Shown piece after piece: positions 54,901 to 64,000 of a DNA stretch of 64,000 nt (within the stretch, counting starts at the first letter, position 1; each line of letters opens with the position of its first letter). Below the pieces are notes generated by a model. That model did no database searches and was not told the origin of the DNA. It saw only the letters and a program-made list of their open reading frames with translations. The stretch is from Eledone cirrhosa (lineage: Eukaryota). The position numbers were made by a program, and so were the translations under genes. Where the stretch lies: contig OZ024741.1 in assembly GCA_964016885.1 (NCBI GenBank), forward strand, positions 244,094,001-244,158,000, in the 5' to 3' direction.

Positions 54901-57900
54901 CTTCCTCATTTAACATGGGCAGCTTTTCTTGAAAATCACACCACACTCAGCAAATCTGTGTCTGCACATGTACCAGTAATTACAGATCGATCCGCCCACG
55001 GGCGGCCGGCCCACGATCGAAAATGTAACTCCGCCGGCAAATTCGCATTTTTGTCATTCGTTTCTTCGAAGCACACCATTCGCTGGTGGACATCAGCTTC
55101 CTTATTTAGCATGGGCAGCTTTTCTTGAAGATCACACCACACACCGCCAATGAGTGTCTGCACATGTACCAGTAATTACAGATCGATCCGACCACGGGCG
55201 GCCGGCCCACGATCGAGAAAAAGGTAACTCCGCCGGCAAATAGTCATTTTTGTGATTCGTTTTCTTCGAAGCACACCATTCGCCGCCGGACTTCAGCTTC
55301 CTCATTTAGCATGGGCAGCTTTTCTTGAAAATCACACCACACACAGAAAATGTGTGTCTGCACTGGTACCAGTAATTACAGATCGATCCGACTACGGGCG
55401 GCCGGCCCACGATCGAAAAGGTAACTCCGCCGGCAAATCCGCATTTTTGTGATTCGTTTCTTCGAAGCACACCATTCGCCGCCGGACTTCAGCTTCCTCA
55501 TTTAGCATGGGCAGCTTTTCTTGAAAATCACACCACACACAGCAAATGTCTGTCTGCACATTTACCAGTAATTACAGATCGATTCGACCACGGGCGGCCG
55601 GCCCACGATCGAAAAGGTAACTCCGCCGGCAAATTCGCATTTTTGTGATTCGTTTCTTCGAAGCACACCATTCGCTGGTGGACTTCAGCTTCCTCATTTA
55701 ACATGGGCAGCTTTTCTTGAAAATCACACCACACTCAGCAAATGTGTGTCTGCACATGTACCAGTAATTACAGATCGATCCGCCCACGGGCGGCCGGCCC
55801 ACGATCGAAAATGTAACTCCGCCGGCAAATTCGCATTTTTGTCATTCGTTTCTTCGAAGCACACCATTCGCTGGTGGACATCAGCTTCCTTATTTAGCAT
55901 GGGCAGCTTTTCTTGAAAATCACACCACACACAGCAAATGTGTGTCTGCACATTTACCAGTAATTACCGATCGATCCGACCACGGGCGGCCGGCCCACGA
56001 TCGAAAAGGTAATTCCGCCGGCAAATCCGCATTTTTGTGATTCGTTTCTTCGAAGCACACCATTCGCCGCCGGACTTCAGCTTCCTCATTTAGCATGGGC
56101 GGTTTTTCTTGAAAATCACACCACACACAGCAAATGTGTGTCTGCACATGTACCAGTACGTACAGATCAATCCGACCACGGGCGGCCGGCCCACATTCGA
56201 AAAGGTTACTCCGCCTGCAAATCGTCATTTTCGGATTCGTTTTCTTCGAAGCACACCATTCGCCGGCGGACTTCAGCTGCCTCATTTAACATGGGCAGTT
56301 TTTCTTGAAGATCACACCACACACCGCCAATGAGTGTTCGCATATGTACCAGTAATTACAGATCGATCCGACCACGGGCGGCCGGCCCACGATCGAGAAA
56401 AAGGTAACTCCGCCGGCAAATAGTCATTTTTGTGATTCGTTTTCTTCGAAGCACACCATTCGCCGCCGGACTTCAGCTTCCTCATTTAGCATGGGCAGCT
56501 TTTCTTGAAAATCACACCACACACAGCAAATGTGTGTCTGCACTGGTACCAGTAATTACAGATCGATCCGACCACGGGCGGCCGGCCCACGATCGAAAAG
56601 GTAACTCCGCCGGCAAATCCGCATTTTTGTGATTCGTTTCTTCGAAGCACACCATTCGCCGCCGGACTTCAGCTTCCTCATTTAGCATGGGCAGCTTTTC
56701 TTGAAAATCACACCACACACAGCCAATGAGTGTCTGCACATCTACCAGTAATTACAGATCGATCCGACCACGGGCGGCCGGCCCACAATCGAAAAGGTAA
56801 CTCCGCCGGCAAATTCGCATTTTTGTGATTCGTTTCTTCGAAGCACACCATTCGCTGGTGGACTTCAGCTTCCTCATTTAGCATGGGCAGCTTTTCTTGA
56901 AAATCACACCACACACAGCAAATGTGTGTCTGCACATGTAACAGTACGTACAGATCGATCCGACCACGGGCGGCCGGACCACATTCGAAAAGGTTACTCC
57001 GCCTGCAAATCGTCATTTTCGGATTCGTTTTCTTCGAAACACACCATTCGCCGGCGGACTTCAGCTGCCTCATTTAACATGGGCAGTTTTTCTTGAAGAT
57101 CACACCACACACAGCCAATGAGTGTTTGCACATGTACCAGTAATTACAGATCGATCCGACCACGGGCGGCCGGCCCACGATCGAAAAAAAGGTAACTCCG
57201 CCTGCAAATAGTCATTTTTGTGATTCGTTTTCTTCGAAGCACACCATTCGCCGCCGGACTTCAGCTGCCTCATTTAACATGGGCAGTTTTTCTTGAAGAT
57301 CACACCACACACAGCAAATGTGTGTCTGCACAGGTACCAGTAATTACAGATCGATCCGACCACGGGCGGCCGGCCCACGATCGAAAAGGTAACTCCGCCG
57401 GCAAATCCGCATTTTTGTGATTCGTTTCTTCGAAGCACACCATTCGCCGCCGGACTTCAGCTTCCTCATTTAGCATGGGCAGCTTTTCTTGAAAATCACA
57501 CCACACGCAGCAAATCTGTGTCTGCACATTTACCAGTAATTACAGATCGATCCGACCACGGGCGGCCGGCCCACGATCGAAAAGGTAACTCCGCCGGCAA
57601 ATTCGCATTTTTGTGATTCGTTTCTTCGAAGCACACCATTCGCTGGTGGACTTCAGCTTCCTCATTTAACATGGGCAGCTTTTCTTGAAAATCACACCAC
57701 ACTCAGCAAATGTGTGTCTGCACATGTACCAGTAATTACAGATCGATCCGACCACGGGCGGCCGGCCCACGATCGAAAGGGTAACTCCGCCGGCAAATAC
57801 GCATTTTTGTGATTCGTTTCTTCGAAGCACACCATTCGCCGCCGGACTTCAGCTTCCTCATTTAGCATGGGCGGTTTTTCTTGAAAATCACACCACACAC

Positions 57901-60050
57901 AGCAAATGTGTGTCTGCACAGGTACCAGTACGTACAGATCGATCCGACCACGGGCGGCCGGCCCACATTCGAAAAGGTTACTCCGCCTGCAAATCGTCAT
58001 TTTCGGATTCGTTTTCTTCGAAGCACACCATTTGCCGGCGGACTTCAGCTGCCTCATTTAACATGGGCAGTTTTTCTTGAAGATCACACCACACACCGCC
58101 AATGAGTGTCTGCACATGTACCAGTAATTACAGATCGATCCGACCCCGGGCGGCCGGCCCACGATCGAAAAGGTAACTCCGCCGGCAAATCCGCATTTTT
58201 GTGATTCGTTTCTTCGAAGCACACCATTCGCCGCCGGACTTCAGCTTCCTCATTTAGCATGGGCAGCTTTTCTTGAAAATCACACCACACACAGAAAATG
58301 TGTGTCTGCACAGGTACCAGTAATTACAGATCGATCCGACCACGGGCGGCCGGCCCACGATCGAAAAGGTAACTCCGCCGGCAAATCCGCATTTTTGTGA
58401 TTCGTTTCTTCGAAGCACACCATTCGCCGCCGGACTTCAGCTTCCTCATTTAGCATGGGCAGCTTTTCTTGAAAATCACACCACACACAGCCAATGAGTG
58501 TCTGCACATCTACCAGTAATTACAGATCGATCCGACCACGGGCGGCCGGCCCACAATCAAAAAGGTAACTCCGCCGGCAAATTCGCATTTTTGTGATTCG
58601 TTTCTTCGAAGCACACCATTCGTTGGTGGACTTCAGCTTCCTCATTTAGCATGGGCAGCTTTTCTTGAAAATCACAGCACACTCAGCAAATGTGTGTCTG
58701 CACATGTACCAGTAATTACAGATCGATCCGCCCACAGGCGGCCGGCCCACGATCGAAAATGTAACTCCGCCGGCAAATTCGCATTTTTGTGATTCGTTTC
58801 TTCGAAGCACACCATTCGCTGGTGGACATCAGCTTCCTTATTTAGCATGGGCAGCTTTTCTTGAAAATCAAACCACACACAGCAAATGTGTGTCTGCATA
58901 TGTACCAGTAATTACAGATCGATCCGACCACGGGCGGCCGGCCCACGATCGAAAAGGTAACTCCGCCGGCAAATCCGCATTTTTGTGATTCGTTTCTTCG
59001 AAGCACACCATTCGCCGCCGGACTTCAGCTTCCTCATTTAGCATGGGCGGTTTTTCTTGAAAATCACACCACACACAGCAAATCTGTGTCTGCACATGTA
59101 CCAGTACGTACAGATCGATCCGACCACGGTAGGCCGGCCCACATTCGAAAAGGTTACTCCGCCTGCAAATCGTCATTTTCGGATTCGTTTTCTTCGAAGC
59201 ACACCATTCGCCGGCGGACTTCAGCTGCCTCATTTAACATGGGCAGTTTTTCTTGAAGATCACACCACACACCGCCAATGAGTGTTTGCACATGTACCAG
59301 TAATTACAGATCGATCCGACCACGGGCGGCCGGCCCACGATCGAGAAAAAGGTAACTCCGCCGGCAAATAGTCATTTTTGTGATTCGTTTTCTTCGAAGC
59401 ACACCATTCGCCGCCGGACTTCAGCTTCCTCATTTAGCATGGGCAGCTTTTCTTGAAAATCACACCACACACAGAAAATGTCTGTCTGCACAGGTACTAG
59501 TAATTACAGATCGATCCGAAGACGGGCGGCCGGCCCACGATCGAAAAGGTAACTCCGCCGGCAAATCCGCATTTTTGTGATTCGTTTCTTCGAAGCACAC
59601 CATTCGCCGCCGGACTTCAGCTTCCTCATTTAGCATGGGCAGCTTTTCTTGAAAATCACACCACACACAGCAAATCGGTGTCTGCACATTTACCAGTAAT
59701 TACAGATCGATCCGACCACGGGCGGCCGGCCCACGATCGAAAAGGTAACTCCGCCGGCAAATCCGCATTTTTGTGATTCGTTTCTTCGAAGCACACCATT
59801 CGCCGCCGGACTTCAGCTTCCTCATTTAGCATGGGCAGCTTTTCTTAAAAATCACACCACATTCAGCAAATGTGTGTCTGCACATGTACCAGTACGTACA
59901 GATCGATCCGACCACGGGCGGCCGGCCCACGATCGAAAAGGTAACTCCGACGGCAAATCCGCATTTTTGTGATTCGTTTCTTCGAAGCACACCATTCGCC
60001 GCCGGACTTCAGCTTCCTCATTTAGCATGGGCAGCTTTTCTTGAAAATCA
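51992..60050 (+). repeat. ~14-monomer block duplicated at 27-monomer offset (5308 bp): ~51992-54740 and ~57300-60050
   Basis: ORF pairs 52384/57692, 52776/58084, 53364/58672, 54152/59460 and 54544/59852. Shared CATTTGCC, GACCCCGGG, TCACAGCAC and TACTAGT variants. Confidence 0.88.
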
Positions 60051-62285
60051 CACCACACACAGCAAATCTGTGTCTGCACATTTACCAGTAATTACAGATC
60101 GATCCGACCACGGGCGGCCGGCCCACGATCGAAAAGGTAACTCCGCCGGCAAATCCGCATTTTTGTGATTCGTTTCTTCGAAGCACACCATTCGCCGCCG
60201 GACTTCAGCTTCCTCATTTAGCATGGGCAGCTTTTCTTGAAAATCACACCACACACAGCAAATGTGTGTCTGCACATTTACCAGTAATTACAGATCGATC
60301 CGACCACGGGCGGCCGGCCCACGATCGAAAAGGTAACTCCGCCGGCAAATTCGCATTTTTGTGATTCGTTTCTTCGAAGCACACCATTCGCTGGTGGACT
60401 TCAGCTTCCTCATTTAACATGGGCAGCTTTTCTTGAAAATCACACCACACTCAGCAAATCTGTGTCTGCACATGTACCAGTAATTACAGATCGATCCGCC
60501 CACGGGCGGCCGGCCCACGATCGAAAATGTAACTCCGCCGGCAAATTCGCATTTTTGTCATTCGTTTCTTCGAAGCACACCATTCGCTGGTGGACATCAG
60601 CTTCCTTATTTAGCATGGGCAGCTTTTCTTGAAGATCACACCACACACCGCCAATGAGTGTCTGCACATGTACCAGTAATTACAGATCGATCCGACCACG
60701 GGCGGCCGGCCCACATTCGAAAAGGTTACTCCGCCTGCAAATCGTCATTTTCGGATTCGTTTTCTTCGAAGCACACCATTCGCCGGCGGACTTCAGCTGC
60801 CTCATTTAACATGGGCAGTTTTTCTTGAAGATCACACCACACACCGCCAATGAGTGTTTGCACATGTACCAGTAATTACAGATCGATCCGACCACGGGCG
60901 GCCGGCCCACGATCGAGAAAAAGGTAACTCCGCCGGCAAATAGTCATTTTTGTGATTCGTTTTCTTCGAAGCACACCATTCGCCGCCGGACTTCAGCTTC
61001 CTCATTTAGCATGGGCAGCTTTTCTTGAAAATCACACCACACACAGAAAATGTCTGTCTGCACAGGTACTAGTAATTACAGATCGATCCGAAGACGGGCG
61101 GCCGGCCCACGATCGAAAAGGTAACTCCGCCGGCAAATCCGCATTTTTGTGATTCGTTTCTTCGAAGCACACCATTCGCCGCCGGACTTCAGCTTCCTCA
61201 TTTAGCATGGGCAGCTTTTCTTGAAAATCACACCACACACAGCAAATCGGTGTCTGCACATTTACCAGTAATTACAGATCGATCCGACCACGGGCGGCCG
61301 GCCCACGATCGAAAAGGTAACTCCGCCGGCAAATCCGCATTTTTGTGATTCGTTTCTTCGAAGCACACCATTCGCCGCCGGACTTCAGCTTCCTCATTTA
61401 GCATGGGCAGCTTTTCTTAAAAATCACACCACATTCAGCAAATGTGTGTCTGCACATGTACCAGTACGTACAGATCGATCCGACCACGGGCGGCCGGCCC
61501 ACGATCGAAAAGGTAACTCCGACGGCAAATCCGCATTTTTGTGATTCGTTTCTTCGAAGCACACCATTCGCCGCCGGACTTCAGCTTCCTCATTTAGCAT
61601 GGGCAGCTTTTCTTGAAAATCACACCACACACAGCAAATCTGTGTCTGCACATTTACCAGTAATTACAGATCGATCCGACCACGGGCGGCCGGCCCACGA
61701 TCGAAAAGGTAACTCCGCCGGCAAATCCGCATTTTTGTGATTCGTTTCTTCGAAGCACACCATTCGCCGCCGGACTTCAGCTTCCTCATTTAGCATGGGC
61801 AGCTTTTCTTGAAAATCACACCACACACAGCAAATGTGTGTCTGCACATTTACCAGTAATTACAGATCGATCCGACCACGGGCGGCCGGCCCACGATCGA
61901 AAAGGTAACTCCGCCGGCAAATTCGCATTTTTGTGATTCGTTTCTTCGAAGCACACCATTCGCTGGTGGACTTCAGCTTCCTCATTTAACATGGGCAGCT
62001 TTTCTTGAAAATCACACCACACTCAGCAAATCTGTGTCTGCACATGTACCAGTAATTACAGATCGATCCGCCCACGGGCGGCCGGCCCACGATCGAAAAT
62101 GTAACTCCGCCGGCAAATTCGCATTTTTGTCATTCGTTTCTTCGAAGCACACCATTCGCTGGTGGACATCAGCTTCCTTATTTAGCATGGGCAGCTTTTC
62201 TTGAAGATCACACCACACACCGCCAATGAGTGTCTGCACATGTACCAGTAATTACAGATCGATCCGACCACGGGCGGCCGGCCCA
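59135..62285 (+). repeat. Tandem 8-monomer duplication (1572 bp x2)
   Basis: ORF pairs 59380/60952, 59852/61424 and 60440/62012. Private CTCCGACGG variant in both copies. Confidence 0.92.
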
Positions 62286-64000
62286 CGATCGAGAAAAAGG
62301 TAACTCCGCCGGCAAATAGTCATTTTTGTGATTCGTTTTCTTCGAAGCACACCATTCGCCGCCGGACTTCAGCTTCCTCATTTAGCATGGGCAGCTTTTC
62401 TTGAAAATCACACCACACACAGAAAATGTGTGTCTGCACTGGTACCAGTAATTACAGATCGATCCGACTACGGGCGGCCGGCCCACGATCGAAAAGGTAA
62501 CTCCGCCGGCAAATCCGCATTTTTGTGATTCGTTTCTTCGAAGCACACCATTCGCTGGTGGACTTCAGCTTCCTCATTTAACATGGGCAGCTTTTCTTGA
62601 AAATCACACCACACTCAGCAAATGTGTGTCTGCACATGTACCAGTAATTACAGATCGATCCGACCACGGGCGGCCGGCCCACGATCGAAAAGGTAACTCC
62701 GCCGGCAAATACGCATTTTTGTGATTCGTTTCTTCGAAGCACACCATTCGCCGCCGGACTTCAGCTTCCTCATTTAGCATGGGCGGTTTTTCTTGAAAAT
62801 CACACCACACGCAGCAAATGTGTGTCTGCACAGGTACCAGTACGTACAGATCGATGCGACCACGGGCGGCCGGCCCACATTCGAAAAGGTTACTCCGCCT
62901 GCAAATCGTCATTTTCGGATTCGTTTTCTTCGAAGCACACCATTCGCCGGCGGACTTCAGCTGCCTCATTTAACATGGGCAGTTTTTCTTGAAGATCACA
63001 CCACACACCGCCATTGAGTGTCTGCACATGTACCAGTAATTACAGATCGATCCGACCCCGGGCGGCCGGCCCACGATCGAAAAGGTAACTCCGCCGGCAA
63101 ATCCGCATTTTTGTGATTCGTTTCTTCGAAGCACACCATTCGCCGCCGGACTTCAGCTTCCTCATTTAGCATGGGCGGTTTTTCTTGAAAATCACACCAC
63201 ACACAGCAAATGTGTGTCTGCACATGTGCCAGTACGTACAGATCGATCCGACCACGGGCGGCCGGCCCACATTCGAAAAGGTTACTCCGCCTGCAAATCG
63301 TCATTTTCGGATTCGTTTTCTTCGAAGCACACCATTCGCCGGCGGACTTCAGCTGCCTCATTTAACATGGGCAGTTTTTCTTGAAGATCACACCACACAC
63401 CGCCAATGAGTGTTTGCACATGTACCAGTAATTACAGATCGATCCGACCAGGGGCGGCCGGCCCACGATCGAGAAAAAGGTAACTCCGCCGGCAAATAGT
63501 CATTTTTGTGATTCGTTTTCTTCGAAGCACACCATTCGCCGCCGGACTTCAGCTTCCTCATTTAGCATGGGCAGCTTTTCTTGAAAATCACACCACACAC
63601 AGAAAATGTGTGTCTGCACAGGTACCAGTAATTACAGATCGATCCGACCACGGGCGGCCGGCCCACGATCGAAAAGGTAACTCCGCCGGCAAATCCGCAT
63701 TTTTGTGATTCGTTTCTTCGAAGCACACCATTCGCTGGTGGACTTCAGCTTCCTCCTTTAACATGGGCAGCTTTTCTTGAAAATCACACCACACTCAGCA
63801 ATTGTGTGTCTGCACATGTACCAGTAATTACAGATCGATCCGCCCACGGGCGGCCGACCCACGATCGAAAATGTAACTCCGCCGGCAAATTCGCATTTTT
63901 GTCATTCGTTTCTTCGAAGCACACCATTCGCTGGTGGACATCAGCTTCCTTATTTAGCATGGGCAGCTTTTCTTGAAAATCAAACCACACACAGCAAATG

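Larger units (their letters stand above)
1..64000. repeat. Tandem satellite DNA array, ~196-bp monomer, ~325 head-to-tail copies in one orientation, running off both window ends
   Basis: The TCACACCACA motif recurs at 55, 251, 447, 643, 843 and so on to the end of the window. Near-identical ORF translations recur at multiples of ~196 bp. No non-repeat sequence was seen. Confidence 0.99.

Noticed and set aside
55-63990. Hundreds of 65-131 aa ORFs (MQTHICCVW..., MIRFLRSTP..., MRQLKSAGE...)
   Set aside because: They are translations of the satellite. The 196-bp unit is not a multiple of 3, the ORFs overlap on both strands, they are freely broken by stops and frameshifts, and they contain no recognisable domain.
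1-64000. CRISPR array or integron-like cassette array
   Set aside because: There are no unique spacers or cassettes. The whole unit is repeated and no cas or integrase gene is present.
1-64000. Trypanosoma cruzi 195-bp satellite (similar length and GC)
   Set aside because: The sequence does not resemble that satellite as I recall it. Only the length is similar. BLAST would confirm.
1-64000. Synthetic concatemer or collapsed/looped assembly
   Set aside because: The hierarchical, region-specific variants and private SNPs are typical of a natural array. Individual exact duplications still need read validation.

Overview
The whole 64 kb window is one uninterrupted, head-to-tail satellite DNA array. 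It holds about 325 copies of a 196-bp, ~50% GC monomer (reference copy 251-446: TCACACCACACACAGCAAATGTGTGTCTGC...CAGCTTTTCTTRAAAA). I saw no insertion, inversion or unique sequence. All ORFs in the track are artefacts of the repeat, and no protein or RNA gene is supportable. The array looks like a eukaryotic centromeric or heterochromatic satellite, but I do not recognise the family or the organism. The notable structure is: (1) a small set of monomer variants (A 196 bp, B 196 bp, C 199-200 bp, a rare 197 bp) with a recurrent B->C pair; (2) irregular multi-monomer duplications with offsets of 3-27 monomers plus ~17 kb long-range copies, and no fixed higher-order repeat; (3) variants restricted to sub-regions of the array; (4) a monomer split into CpG-rich and CpG-free halves, with CpG-transition variants; (5) dense dyad symmetry that several common variants appear to preserve. 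Everything was read by eye or from ORF-track offsets, so block boundaries are approximate.
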